Notes under the pieces: model-generated
The model's input: the letters and a program-made list of their open reading frames with translations, nothing else
The model's database searches: none
Told to the model about the DNA's origin: nothing
Part shown: one piece after another, positions 11,021-24,615 of the stretch
Numbering within the stretch: position 1 is the stretch's first letter
How the letters are laid out: each line of letters begins with the position of its first letter
Origin: Octopus vulgaris
Taxonomy: Eukaryota
DNA: 64,000 nucleotides
Assembly: GCA_951406725.2 (NCBI GenBank)
Contig: OX597816.1
Coordinates: 14,074,001-14,138,000 of the forward strand
Direction of reading: 5' to 3'
Position numbers and translations under genes: made by a program

Positions 11021-11603
11021 AAGACATTATATACTGACGCTCTAACGATTCAGCCAATTGTTTCAAATTTCGGAAGAAGGCCAGTAATTTTGAGGGAAGG
11101 GGATTTGTCGATATCGTCATTCACAATATATTATTGACTCCAGAGAGATGAACGGCAAGGATTTGAACTCAAAACGTAACTTTAGTTGTAGTAATGTTGT
11201 TCATTTTATTGATCTTAGAGGAATGATAGGTCGGATTTGAAATCGTAACCTGGGAAAAGGAATTTAAAAGACTGCTGTTCATTTAATTTGGTATTCTACC
11301 ATCTCAGCCACCTTTAGCGCTTCCGCCGGAGTAACGTGAGACGACTGCCGCCACGAAGTCTAAGAATACAATATCATAGAGAAAAGAAGAAATGTTACCT
11401 TTAAATTCTCTTGTCACCTTTAAAACTGATTTGATCTCTATTTCTTTGCAATGAAAAGAGAACCAGAAGAACCAGAAGAAATGCTGTTAAACATTTTCTT
11501 CGACGACACAACGATTTTTCCTGTTCGCCGTCTTAATACAATATAGATTAACTATAGTTTGTCATTAAAATTTCAATGCTGAAGTCGCGTAGAGAAAGAA
11601 AAT

Positions 11604-11961
11604 GGATCTTTTCACTTTGACCGGCAGATTTTAAAAATAATTTCTTTGTTACTAAACACTTTTAAACTTCGTATACTGGTAGTGTGTTACATAAAACATC
11701 TTTTTCTCTTGGCTTTCTTAAGAAAATGTTGTTGACAAAATGCGGCAGATATTGTATTCACCTCAATAGACGTCATTGATTGGTTGAAATTGCCGAAATG
11801 CAAGAAATTAAACAACAAATAGCTAACAAACTACAGAAGTTTCTTAAGAAAGCCAAGAGAAAAGGATGTTTTATGTAACACACTACCAGTATACGAAGTT
11901 TAAAAGTGTTTAGTTACAAAGAAATTATTTTAAAAATCTGCCGGTCAAAGTGAAAAGATCC
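11604..11961. mobile_element. Long-TIR palindromic MITE (foldback type), copy 1
   Basis: ~120-bp TIRs starting ggatcttttcactttgaccggcag; imperfect 8-bp TSD aagaaaat/gagaaaat; second copy at 52841-53418. Superfamily not determined. Confidence 0.85.
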
Positions 11962-12170
11962 GAGAAAATGATAGATTAAAAAAAAATATCTCCTAACACA
12001 AAAACAATAAGATGTGAATATCGATCCGGATGTATAAAACTAAGGGATGATTGCTTATGCAAATGAGTTTGTCGGGTGATTGTGATTGTCTGTTGCGTGT
12101 AAAATGATAAACACTGACAAACAATTAGCAGAAGCTTCATCTGCGGCACACGGTATTTTCTCTGTTGGAA

Positions 12171-12570
12171 GGCGGTGAGAGGGCAGAAACGTTAGGACGC
12201 CGGACGGAATGCGTAGCGGTATTTCGTCTGTCTTTACGTTCTGAGTTCAAATTCCGCTGAGGTCGACTTTGCCTTTCATCCTTTCGGGGTCGATTAAATA
12301 AGTACCAGTTACGCACTGGGATCGATATAACCGACTTAATCCCTTTGTCTGTCCTTGCTTGTCCTCTCTGTGTTTAGCTCCTTGTGGGTAGTAAAGAAAT
12401 AGTATTTCGTCTGTCTTTACGTTCTGAGTTCAAATTCCGCTGAGGTAGACTTTGCCTTTCATCCTTTCGGGGTCGATTAAATAAGTACTAGTTACCCACT
12501 GGGGTCGATATAATCGACTTAATCCGTTTGTCTGTCCTTATGTGTCCCCTCTGTGTTTAGTAAAGAAATA
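12171..12570 (+). mobile_element. Family B SINE, dimeric
   Basis: Second unit starts at gtatttcgtc (12402); perfect 17-bp TSD ggtattttctctgttgg at 12152-12168 and 12571-12587. Confidence 0.9.
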
Positions 12571-13094
12571 GGTATTTTCTCTGTTGGTCATGGTACGAAG
12601 AATAGAAACAACAATTTATATATACTGGGAGTAACGAACTCTGGGGTCTACGACAAAATAAATGGTATGTATCGACTTGTCACTTGGCCGTCACAACTGG
12701 GGAAATATCGTTCCAAATTCATGATGTATGTTCAATCTGCATGGCTGGCGAATGAAAGAACCGAGATGGAAGTTGTTACAGCAACTGTCTTAACATTCTG
12801 AAGCTACCCTTCCAAAACCCGCCTTTTATGACTCATTAGAAGGTTCTAGAAGGTTGAATCAGGTAATGGCTCGACGCTGATTGATCGGTTAATCGGTGGA
12901 CCACGTGAAACTACAGTAATCTCAACATGACATTCGCACAGCTGTCCAGCGATTCGGTTTCGAATCTGCTATAAGTTCACAGTTAAATAAAAATACAAAC
13001 GAGCAGTTTGGGTGCAGCTTGTGTGTAAAATGTAACCAAAATTTTCTATAAACTGAAAAAGGGGATATGATTGCTGTAATGGAAGTTTACAAAT

Positions 13095-13217
13095 ACACAC
13101 ACGCGCGCGCGCATATGCACACTCATACATACATACAAACACACATGCATATATACATGCATACATACATTTAGCTATATATAGACGAATGTATGTTGTG
13201 TGTTTATATGAACATAT

Positions 13218-13260
<43 letters not shown>

Positions 13261-13511
13261 ATAAATAATGTATGTGTATGTTTGTATGTAGATACAGGCA
13301 TCTATTTAAATATACATAGATGCATGCATACATGCATACGTAAATATATACACACACATCCATACAAGCACACATGCATTAACGCACATACACACATACA
13401 TATACAAACACATACACATGAATGCATACATGCATACATACATACATACATGCATGCATACATACATACATACATACATACATACATACATACATACATA
13501 CATACATACAT
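13095..13511. repeat. Compound (CA)/(TA)/(TG)/(CATA)n microsatellite
   Basis: Direct inspection; source of spurious HTYI/MYVC ORFs. Confidence 0.9.
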
Positions 13512-13895
13512 GTAGTTGAAACCACCTGCTTGGTAGATGCCAAAATAGTGTTAAAGGATGGTGAGAAAGAGAACATTTTTGCCAGACTGATAAGAAATGT
13601 CTAGTTCCTCCATCCTGGGTTATAATTTGAGGTTTCTGCCAATGGTTATTGGAGCATATGGCTACGTGACTACGAGCACATGGCTAACTGACTCGGAGCA
13701 CTCGGCCACGCAGCCTCATTTATCAGTGTTGAGAAGCCGTGATTCACAAAACCAGAGAAAGGATGCCTAATCAGATGATGACGTCTACAAGCGGTCAAAG
13801 GTACAATAAAAATATGCAAAGCATTCAGAAAATGCAGTATGTAATAAGATCTGCATGTGCAATACCATCCAGACCTGAGCTGATGTGTACAAGTG
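13512..13895 (+). mobile_element. Diverged 3' fragment of an R4/Dong-like RLE retrotransposon (second subfamily)
   Basis: VVETTCLVDAKIVLKDGEKENIFARLIRNV...RFLPMVIGAYGYVT and GTIKICKAF align with VEISCPA..IKMEISVKENTY.ELLRNL...RFIPVI.GALRYVT and GTVKICKTF at 31148/45253; starts directly after (CATA)n. Confidence 0.7.
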
Positions 13896-13939
13896 CACGT
13901 ATGAATGCATATGCATACATACGCATGTGCATATACACA

Positions 13940-14007
<68 letters not shown>

Positions 14008-14033
14008 CATCCATCTATCTATCTATCCATCCA

Positions 14034-14103
<70 letters not shown>

Positions 14104-14230
14104 CACATATACATACACATGTACAAATACACACATCTCGCTCTACTTTGTACTTTGTCCCATCTGTGCTCAGCCCTGTGTGGCCAATAAAGAAACACAC
14201 ACACACGCACACGCACATACACACACACAC
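13940..14230. repeat. (TATC)n-(TC)n-(TA)n microsatellite with short retroelement tail at 14137-14195
   Basis: Tail ...cagccctgtgtggccaataaagaaac matches the reverse complement of 55545-55600. Confidence 0.75.
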
Positions 14231-14912
14231 ATTTACCTCATAAGATAATTAAGAAAACTCTGGAGTCAAGTAGAATCCACTGGAAGTGATACTCCAACAT
14301 GACCGCTGCCGAATGGCAGAAACAAGGTATGTATGAGATAGATAGATAGATAAATAGATAGAGAGAGAGAGGGGGGGAATGGGAGAGAGACAGACAAAGT
14401 TAGAGAGAGTGAGAACATCTGTGGCTCTCTTTGGCATCGAAGCTAAACGCAACCTAATTAAAGTCGAAATGGTGATGCTTTAATGATAATGTCAAATCGA
14501 AGAGTTGTAGCTTTTAAAGTGACTTCAATAAAGACTGCAAATGCTTTCTCAAATTTTAATCTCGTTTACAATAACGTCAGAGAACAATCAGTTCATTATT
14601 TCATCCATTAGTCGTTTGCTGACCTCCATGATTAAGGATACGTGTACCAAATGCAAGATTCGTATCTGATTTCAGTTTTGATTAAGATGGCGTTTTCTCA
14701 TTACAGTGGACAGTATTACGGGAGCCATCTCAATTCAGCAATGACGCTAATACGTTTGTGCATGTACATGGAATAACGATAAATATCAATTACATTAGCA
14801 TAAGCATTGAGAGGTGATTGTTTTTCCTGCTTCTTGTTTCTATGTCCTGCGGAAAATTTTAATCAAATATGTGAAATTTTGAAAAATTAGAAAAGAAAAA
14901 AAAAAAAAAAAC

Positions 14913-15329
14913 CTTTACTCTTTTACTCTTTTACTTCTTTCAGTCATTTGACTGCGGCCATGCTGGAGCACCGCCTTTAGTCGAGCAAATCGACCCCGGG
15001 ACTTATTCTTTGTAAGCCCAGTACTTATTCTATCGGTCTCTTTTGCCGAACCGCTAAGTAACGGGGACGTAAACACACCAGCATCGGTTGTCAAGCAATG
15101 CTAGAGGGACAAACACAGACACACAAACATATACATACACATGCATATATATATATACATATATACGACAGGCTTCTTTTCAGTTTCCGTCTACCAAATC
15201 CACTCACAAGGCATTGGTCGGCCCGAGGCTATAGCTGAAGACACTTGCCCAAGATGCCACGCAGTGGGACTGAACCCAGAACCATGTGGCTGGTTCGCAA
15301 GCTACTTACCACACAGCCACTCCTGCGCC
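14913..15329 (-). mobile_element. Family A SINE, near full length
   Basis: Complete head, internal (TA)/(CA) tract and (AAAAGAGT)n tail in reverse complement. Confidence 0.9.
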
Positions 15330-15867
15330 TATTTCCTTACATTAACTTATTTTTGTGTTTTCTAAACCGAGATAATATGCTGTCTTGCAAACATCTTGCA
15401 CATGCAAGTGCTACCAGTCAAAAACTCCGCATACCGGAAGCCAGCAAGTGTATGGGGCCATCAGGAGAGAATGCGTGCCGTTTCGGGGCCTACCTCTCGA
15501 CGGCATCAATGCGCACTGGTCCCCCTCACTGATATGAGGCCTCGCTTGCTAGATCAGCTGGTTATTAAATAAAGCTCAATATTTTTCTAGCCATCGCTCA
15601 TCGTCTCCTTTTAACCAAATCCCGTGGCTAGCTTTCTCCACTGTAGTTTAGATATCGGTCATGGTGGTATTGACTTTACGATGAGTTAAGCCTAACGATA
15701 ACAACAGTCGTCTCACACTGTGTCCAACGAACCCTCTACATCCGACTTCGATTAAGAACTGAAATATTATACTAATTGTGCCCGTGGAAATTTCGCGGTC
15801 CATATCGTGATCCAGCATCATTCATAAATATCTCCACACTTGGGGAATACTATCCTCAGTAATAATC

Positions 15868-16045
15868 TTGAAATTTTGAGGGAGAGGAGCAGTCGATTAC
15901 CTCGACCCCAGTGTTCAACTGGTACTTAATTTATCGACTCTGAAAGGATGAAAGGCAAAGTCGACCTCGGCGGAATTTGAACTCAGACGAGTGAAATACC
16001 GTGAATCATTTCGCCCGGTGTGCTAACGATTCTGCCAGCTCGCTA
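15868..16045 (-). mobile_element. Family B SINE (alternative tail), followed by (AAT)n(AAC)n
   Basis: aaggatgaaaggcaaagtcgacctcggcggaatttgaactcag; microsatellite at 16049-16125. Confidence 0.8.
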
Positions 16046-16123
<78 letters not shown>

Positions 16124-17284
16124 AATGATAAATCATAAAAATAATAATCTGTCGTTTCCACCATAATCATTTGATTCATTTCTAGGAAATCTTGTCTCTC
16201 TTGAATTCTCTTCTGGTCTATTCTCTAATTCTGGTTTATACAAAATATCTCGGCCTGTCATCATCGTTCATATTCTGCTTTCTTGATTAACAATTCTCAT
16301 TCTTTCTCATTAAGGACACCTAGCTCCATTTTTAGTTTTGTGGCGGTGGTCACCAATGTGGAGATGCGATGCTAGATGTGTATTGTATTGTTAAAGATCA
16401 TCGTCGTGTGGTTTAGCTGATTGCATGTGTAATACATGAAGCAAACTCATGATTTTTTCATTTTAAACACACTTATTGCTGGACATGATTTCCTGCATTG
16501 GTTATTTACAAAAAGAAAGATGCTGATAATATAACCACTGACTAAAACCTCTGTATTTTTTTTAAGGCTAGCTGTGATAGAGTGTGTGTGAGTGTCTGAA
16601 GTTGTTTCTTATTTGAAGTAGTCAGTCTGAATGCTCGAAGTGATCTGGTGTTAGCGGTCTGCTTTCTGTAAATGCTTTGTGCGCCAAACGGATTTTATAG
16701 GGTGAAAAAGTGGGGGGAATTTTAGCTCATTCGAGGAGTCATATCACTCCACAGCTTCACAATCATTGATCGACATGTAAATCAATCACGTAAAATTCTG
16801 GTAGCTTACTCGTGATCCCTAGATGAATATTTTGCAGTTGGGGTTTGAATCCCCACAGCATCAATTTCATTCCTTTCCTCCCGAGTTAATGCTTCTTGTC
16901 GTTTCTGATTCTATTCTCTTTGTTCCTAATTCTTTTTTCTTCCGTTTAACCCTTTTCCTAATCTTTCTCTGTATTTTCTCTGCCTCTCTCGTTTCAGTTT
17001 TCGCTGTGGTGCTCTATGACCACTGTCCCCTGTAACACATCAAATTCTGTTTCTGTAACAAAATAATTTAAGAAGCCCTTGATATATTATAGTTGCTAAC
17101 ACATGTCTCCAAGACTAAATTTAGGAACATGGTTGTTAATATAATACTTGAGGAAAATCCGTGTCTACGTGCACATACACATATACACACAATCCCACTC
17201 AAACGAACACTAATGACGTGCTTACCTATACACAGGCACGCAACAGCTAATCGTCGTCTGTATGTGGGCGCGCGAATAGCCTTC

Positions 17285-18057
17285 GTATGTGTGTGTGTAT
17301 GTATGTATGTATGTATGCATGTATGTATGTATGTATGTATGTATGTATGTATGTATGTATGTATGTATGTATGTATGTATGCATGCATGCATGCATGCAT
17401 GTATGTATGCATGCATGTATGTATGTATGTATGTATGTATGCATGCATGTATGTATGCATGTATGTATGTATGTATGAATGTATGTGTGCATATATATAT
17501 GTATGTATGTACATATGTATGTAAGTATGTATGTATGTATGCATGCATGTATGTATGTATGCATGTATGTATGTATGTATGTATGTATGCATGCATGTAT
17601 GTATGTATGTATGTATGTATGTATGTATGTATGTATGTATGTATGTATGTATGCATGTATGTATGTATGTATGTATGTATGTATGTATGTATGTATGTAT
17701 GTATGTATGTGTGCATGTATGTATGTACATATGTATGTAAGTATGTATGTATGCATGCATGCATGTATGTATGCATGTATGTATGTATGTATGTATGTAT
17801 GTATGTATGTATGTATGTATGCATGCATGTATGTATGTATGTATGTATGTATGTATGTATGTATGTATGTATGTATGTATGTGCATGTATGTATGTATGT
17901 ATGTATGTATGTATGTATGTATGTATGTATGTATGTATGTATGTATATATGTATGTACATATGTATGTAAGTATGTATGTATGTATGCATGCATGTATGT
18001 ATGTATGTATGTATGTATGTATGTATGTATGTATGTATGTATGTGTGCATGTATGTA
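17285..18057. repeat. ~770-bp (TATG)n array with higher-order structure
   Basis: Variant acatatgtatgtaag recurs at 17511, 17727 and 17957. Confidence 0.95.
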
Positions 18058-18704
18058 TTCTTTCTTTCTTTCTCCTTCTCTCTGTCATATACGCCTACAT
18101 ACTTTTATCTTCTTGCAGCATCACAGTTATTTTACACCACAGGAATCTATCGTTAGGACTTCAAAATAATAGAAAACCAAATATAATTCCCTCAATTGAA
18201 TCAGAACAGAATCACAGACTCTCTTGATCTACTGAATAATAATTTACGGTAACCGTCTTAGATTTTTTTTTTTAATTCGACACAAGACCAGTTATTACAG
18301 TATAAATATACACTCACTTAAACTGAAAATGCTTATTAGTGGTGCTAATTTTACTGATGTCCAGAGGGGGAAAAATGAAGAAGAAAATCGAGCTTGACAA
18401 GATTTTAAACAAAATACTCGGAGATAGTGAAGCAACTACAGTGAAAATTATGTCTAATGTTCTACTTATCTCTTTTCTATTTTAGCAGATTTTTTGTTGC
18501 CTCTCGAGTTAGTATTCTATTTATATTCTTAGAGTTGGGCAATCGGCCAGAAATAATACAATGCGTATTTTCTTTGATGAAGGAAGCTAGCAAAAGAACA
18601 GATGCCGGTGTTGGGGGGATGAGGAATATACTTGCTTTATCCAAATGAGAAAAATGTATTGTCTTTGTAAAACGAGATTCATTTGCGTATAAAAGCTAAC
18701 ACAC

Positions 18705-18705
18705 A

Positions 18706-18782
<77 letters not shown>

Positions 18783-18816
18783 CACCACCACCACCACCAC
18801 CACTACTACTACTACA

Positions 18817-18856
<40 letters not shown>
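18705..18856. repeat. Compound (CTA)n(CCA)n(CTA)n(ATA)n microsatellite
   Basis: Direct inspection; source of poly-L/P/I ORFs. Confidence 0.95.
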
Positions 18857-18897
18857 TTAATTGGTGGCTGATGATATGCGCATCTCTGATCACGAGA

Positions 18898-19426
18898 CTC
18901 TCATGGCTTCTGATTTTAACTGATTGGAAGTGTTATCATGTACATTGTTTTGTCTTGGTATAGAAGATGGGCTACAGCAAATATTCTGCTCAATACCACA
19001 GATTTGCTTGTCAGTTGTTTGACCGTAACCAGTTGAGTATGTCCCTTAGTGGCTGACGATATGTGCATCTCTGATCACGAGCAGAAGTAGTGGGGGAGCA
19101 TCATAGCCATGTGTTGAGAGGGATTCTTTGGGGTTTGAATAATTCACCTTTGGAAACATGGGTGGTTCGTTCAACATCCTTAAACAATCCTTATTCAGGG
19201 ACCTTTTGAGCGGGATAGGTTACTAGACCGGAAGAAAATTCTAACTGGTCCCACCTGCAAGGTCATGTGCTGTTTATCTTGATATGAGATCACCATGTCG
19301 CGCACATATGGTTGTGATGCATGTGCCTGGTGTACCCTTATCAGACGGGTAGTCATGATGGGTATACTGGGCTTCGTATATTTTACCCCAATGTCACTTT
19401 GATGGCATGCACTGCTCTCTCACTCA
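18898..19426 (+). mobile_element. (AAT)n-embedded dispersed repeat, copy 2
   Basis: Reverse complement of 1471-2000; long (AAT)n follows at 19428-19555; an internal 33-bp piece is duplicated upstream at 18864-18896. Confidence 0.8.
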
Positions 19427-19432
19427 TTAATG

Positions 19433-19511
<79 letters not shown>

Positions 19512-19559
19512 TAATAATAATAATTAAAATAATAATAATAATAACAATAATAATCATAA

Positions 19560-20045
19560 TGGTTTCAAATTTTGCCAAAAGGGAAGCAATTTTGTGGGAG
19601 GGGCGAATCGATTACATCGATTCCAGTGTTCAACTGGTACTTATTTTATAGATCTCGAAAGGATGAAAGGAAAAATCGACCTCGGCGGAATTTGAACTTA
19701 GAACATAGCGATGGCTGAAATGCTGCTAAGCGTCTTGCATGCTGTGCTCACAATTCTGCCATCTCGCACCCTTAATAAAAATGATGATGATAATGATGAT
19801 GATGATAACAATAATAATGACGATAATAATAATCCTTTCTGCTGTAGGCACAAGGCCTGAATTTTTGGCGGATGGGACTAGTCGATTACATCGAACCCAG
19901 TGTTTCACTTGTACTTAATATATCGACCCCGAAAGGATGAAATGCAAAGTTTACCTCGGCGGAGTTTGAACTCAGAACGTAAGGACGGACAAAATGCCGC
20001 TAAGCATTCTTGCCCGCCCTGCTTACGATTCCACCAACTCGCCAT
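19560..20045 (-). mobile_element. Two diverged family B SINEs (19560-19772, 19832-20045)
   Basis: Each has gaaaggatgaaa...cctcggcgga.tttgaact.agaac. Confidence 0.75.
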
Positions 20046-20309
20046 CTTAACAACAATGGTAATAACATCAATCATACAAACAAATAGAAACATCCTGAAA
20101 TAATAATTAAATTGTGCTACAAAGTCCACCATCTTATTTTCTATTCAATTGTAATCAATTATAGAATTGTGTTCTTGCAGAAATAATTTTATCGAGTTTA
20201 CTACAACGATATCTTCTTCACGGTTGATTTGGCCCTCTGAGGTAATTCTTCTTCACGGTTGATATCGCCCCTTGAGACAATTCTTCTTCTTCCATGGCTT
20301 CATCCATCG

Positions 20310-20462
20310 TGGCATTCCGTCGGTTACGACGATGAGGGTTCCAGTTGATCTGATCAACGGAACAGCCTGCTTGTGAAATTAACGTGCGAAGTGGTTGAGC
20401 ACTCCACAGGCACGTGCACCCTTAACGTAGTTCTCGGGGGAGATTCAGCGTGACACCGAGTG

Positions 20463-20523
<61 letters not shown>

Positions 20524-20969
20524 TGATGATGATGATAAGTGTGCAAAAAACGACTCATGTACTGAGAAGAGCAATATCGCTGTGAAAACAACATTCATTT
20601 ATTTATGTATTAATTTTTTAAATACATATTTTACCTGTTAATTTGCGTGTGTAATCTGGGAATGCATACAATGAGCTTCTCTGTACGCAAAACTCTCGGC
20701 GAGAAATAGAAGAAAATATGAAGAAAGAAGGAAAAAAAATAATAGTGTGATAAGGTTAGCCCTTCGAAATTCAGGTACAACAGAAACAGGAAGAAAGAAA
20801 GTTGTGGTGAAAGAGTAGAGCAGGATTCGCCACCACCTCCAACCGGGGCCTTGAGGAGCTTTAGGTGTTTTCGCTCAATAAACAATAACAATACCCGGGT
20901 CTGGGAATCAAAACCGCGATCCCACGACTGCGATTCCGCTGCCCTAACCACTGAGCCATTGCACCTCCA
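20310..20969 (-). mobile_element. Family C (tRNA-Arg-like OR-type) SINE head/body at 20750-20969 and matching tail piece at 20310-20460
   Basis: Reverse complement of ggaggtgcaatggctcagtggttagggcagcgga; the tail matches 8165-8300; separated by (AAT)n and unique DNA. Confidence 0.65.
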
Positions 20970-21423
20970 CACTTCAGCTATAATTAATTTACTTAAAAGA
21001 AGTAATGGATTGACAGGATCGTCAGAGCGTCGTTCAAAATACTTTTCAGTAATTGTTCCGGCTCATTATCTTCCGAATTTGAATCGTGCCGGGATCAGTT
21101 TTGCCTTTCATCTCTCTGGGAATCGATGCATGAAATATCAGAGGGGAACTGGAATCGATGGTACCACCTAACGACTCTCCTCTCAAAATTGCTGGCCTTG
21201 TGTCTAAAATAGAAATTATTACTTACAATGACCAAGTAGTCGAGGTTAGACCCCAGAGTATCTTTGAACCGGTACCATACCAATAATTGTCGTCTCCTGA
21301 TCTGCCTCTACGGATGATTTGCTTATAGTGATCAGCTATTTGTGCAACACATAAAGCCACCCCTTCCATAAAATCGATATTAGCTATACAGATGTCGAAA
21401 TGATCGTAGAGCAGCATCAGATG

Positions 21424-21821
21424 TGGAGGCGCAATGGCCCAGTGGTTAGGGCAGCGGACTCGCGGTCGGAGGATCACGGTTCCGATTCCCAGACTGGGCG
21501 TTGTGTGTGTTTATTGAGCGAAAACACCTAAAGCTCCACGAGGCTCCGGCAGGGTGGGGTGGCGACCCATGTTGTACTCTTTCGCTCCAACTTTCTGTCA
21601 CTCTTATTTCCTGTTTCTTGTCCCCGACTTCCTACGCAACCGCTGAGCCTGGATGCGCATTCATCCATCCGTCGATGCTCTCGGTGTCGGGGGTTGACCT
21701 GCTTTCTTTTCTGCGGGTTTTACGAATAGCAAAGGACCACGTTTCGGACTTCTCCCACTACAGATGCGCGATCTTGCGAGCTCTGGGACGAAGACCACTT
21801 CGCTCAACAAACAAACAAACA
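21424..21821 (+). mobile_element. Family C SINE, full length, (CAAA)n tail
   Basis: A box TGGCCCAGTGG, B-box-like GGTTCCGATTCC; perfect 14-bp TSD agcagcatcagatg at 21410-21423 and 21822-21835. Confidence 0.9.
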
Positions 21822-22335
21822 AGCAGCATCAGATGACATGTATTGCTCAAAAAGACAACACCCCGCTCGGTTCAGGAATTGAACCCACGATCGTCACATC
21901 ATGAGTGCAACACCCAAAACACTAGGCTGCACACCCTCACTATGTGCATATATATGCATATATGTCTGCATCAATAAACGAGTGAAAAGAAAACTATTAA
22001 GCAATTTCATTTTGCGGCGTTTTCTTTTGCTCATGTTAGTCGAGCGAATCAACCCCATTACTTATTTTTTTTAAAGCCTGGTACTTATTCTATCCGTCTA
22101 TCTTGCCGAACCGTTAAGTTACAGGGACGTAATTATACCAACACTGGTTATCTAGCGATGGTGGCGAACAAACAGATACAAAGACATACGCATATGTATA
22201 TATATATATAATTGAAAAATAAATTCATAAGAATTTATCAAGTACTTAGCGTTAAAAAAACCTCATAAGGGACTTATAGGGACTCTTAAAGTAGGGTCCC
22301 TCATAGCGTGTGGCATTTATGTATAGTAATGCCCT

Positions 22336-22385
<50 letters not shown>

Positions 22386-22639
22386 GAAAATAATTAAAGG
22401 ATAAAGTCATTAAACATTTTATCAGTGTTCAGCATATAAAAAAGACCTATTTAGGTAAATTCATATATCAAGACTTACAACAGTATAAAATACAATTATA
22501 ATTAAGGCCACAGGAAGGTTCAGTGCCTATATGCTGAAGATAGATGCTAAATCCAGCCAACCACTTCAAATTATCATCATATAATTTACACGTGTTGAAA
22601 TCGAGGAAGCAGACTGACCGAAATTAATAAAAATAATTC

Positions 22640-23615
22640 TGATAGTTTTGATCAATTAATGAATTTTGGATTAGTTTGATAACTTTTCCTTCTTCAGCAA
22701 AACATACTGAGCGAAATCAACGAAACATTTATATTATGAAATTTGTAGAAAAGAAAAAAAAGTTTGCTAATATTTTATAAATACAAGGAATAGTTTTATT
22801 CATGAAAGTATGCATCCATATTGTCAATACACTTTTGCCATTTCAGTGGTAGCTTGTTCAGCCCGGAACTGTAAAAACCTGGCAATCTAGACTCAAATCT
22901 TGGAAGGCCTATTTTATAGAATCGTCGGAATTAAATTGTTTTCCAATCAAAAAGTTAATCCAAATTCTAGAAGAAGTGGTGGTCAGTGGGGGCAAGATTA
23001 GGGGAGTATGGAGGATGATGGAGAACTTCCAACTCCAACTTCTGTAGTTTCGCCAATGTCATTTTTGCGATGTGTGGTCTGGTGTTGTCTTGCAATAAAA
23101 TAGGAATGGAACTGTTGACTAGTCTAGGCTGCAAGCTTGTAAGTTTCTGCATCATTTGGTCCAGTTGACTGCAGTATACTTCGGCCATGATTGATGAGCT
23201 AGATTTAATGATATTACAATGGATCACACCTGCACCAGACCACCAAACACACACTATCAGCTTATTTTGATGAATTTTGCTTTTTGGACTGTGTTTTGGC
23301 GGCCTGTCTTTGTCCATCCATTGTGCTGAACGTTTGCGGTTGTTGTATTGGATCCATTTCCCACCACATGTTACATTTTTGTGACGAGAAAGTAGCATAA
23401 TGCAGGCTTCCGAATGTTGCTGTTTCTGATTTTCCTTGAGTTCATGTGGAACCCACTTATCCAACTTTTTCACTTTACCGATTTCAAGTAGGTGAGTCAA
23501 TATTGTTTGCTTGCTAACACCAAACAACAATAATAATTCACAGGCACTTTGAGATGGATTTGATTTGACGGTGGCTTTCAGTTCGTTATTATTCACCTTT
23601 CTTTCTGGTCGACCG
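22640..23615 (-). pseudogene. Mariner (DD34D) transposase fossil, 5' truncated
   Basis: WVPHEL, LLQDNTRPH and HPPYSPNLAPTDHHFF motifs; C-terminus KLPLKWQKCIDNMDAYFHE near 22800; lies between the two halves of a family A SINE (22035-22210 and 23616-23729). Confidence 0.9.
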
Positions 23616-24159
23616 CTTTGGTTGTCCCGAGGCTATAGAAGACATTTGTCCAAGGTGCTAGGCAGTGGGATCAAACCCAGAACTATGTGGTTGGGAAGCA
23701 AGCCTCTTACCACACAGTTACTCCTGCGTTTATATAACAATATATAACACTTGTTTTACAAAGTTATGAAAGTGATAGACTGAGTGGAAGACAGTACTTG
23801 TGGTTATCTTCGGAGATAGTTATTTTTCATTGGTGGAAGTTTATTATGGCTAACAGTGAAAACCGGATTTGCATTTTTCATTTTGGCTTTATACGGATGG
23901 GGCATAAACACGGGATTGGTCGGCTTTTACAAAGGGCTATTTGTATTAGCATCCGTTTGCATTTAAGTTAATCTGTAATAAGTTGTATTAATTTCATATT
24001 TCGCAGATGTGACTAGGCTATAACGATGTTTGATGTGATTGTGCATTTTAAAACTTTATTTATTGTAGGTTACATCTGTAATTTACGTATCTTAATTTGA
24101 GCTGAACACACTATCCGTTAGAAGTAGATCCTTTCTCTGTCTGTCTGTCTGTCTCTCTC

Positions 24160-24199
<40 letters not shown>

Positions 24200-24382
24200 T
24201 ATAATCAAAAAAGGGTAATAACATAGATTACTACCAGTGGTCCAGCACAAATGACGAATTAGTCATTAGGACAAAATATTATTCATATAGAAATATAATT
24301 AAGGGCTCCCAAATAAGGATGCCAAGTGCTAGGGACACAAAAAAGGGATAAATTCATCGAGAGTGAAAATCAAAAACATTTA

Positions 24383-24441
<59 letters not shown>

Positions 24442-24454
24442 CTTCTTTGTAAGA

Positions 24455-24615
24455 GGCTCAGGAGTGGGTGTGTGGTAAGAACCTTGCTAACCACACGGTT
24501 CCATGTTCAGTTCTTCTGCGTGTCACCTTGGGCAAGTGTCTTCTACTATATCCTCTGGCAGACCAAAACCTTGTGAGCGGATTTGGTAGACGGAAGCTGA
24601 AAGAAACCAGTTGTA
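24455..24615 (+). mobile_element. Family A SINE head
   Basis: caggagtgggtgtgtggtaag...ttgggcaagtgtcttctactata...gatttggtagacggaa. Confidence 0.75.

Noticed and set aside
11398-11445. Possible minus-strand exon ending AAG|gtaaca
   Set aside because: Weak acceptor, and the flank overlaps a decayed SINE remnant.
16400-16720. Possible decayed GIY-YIG (YKI...RPL...EH) on the minus strand
   Set aside because: Too few conserved residues to distinguish from chance without a profile search.
18683-18893. Poly-Leu/Pro/Ile and poly-Val ORFs resembling signal or membrane peptides
   Set aside because: Trinucleotide microsatellite translations.
21424-21498. tRNA gene-like sequence
   Set aside because: It is the head of a SINE, with body, tail and TSD.
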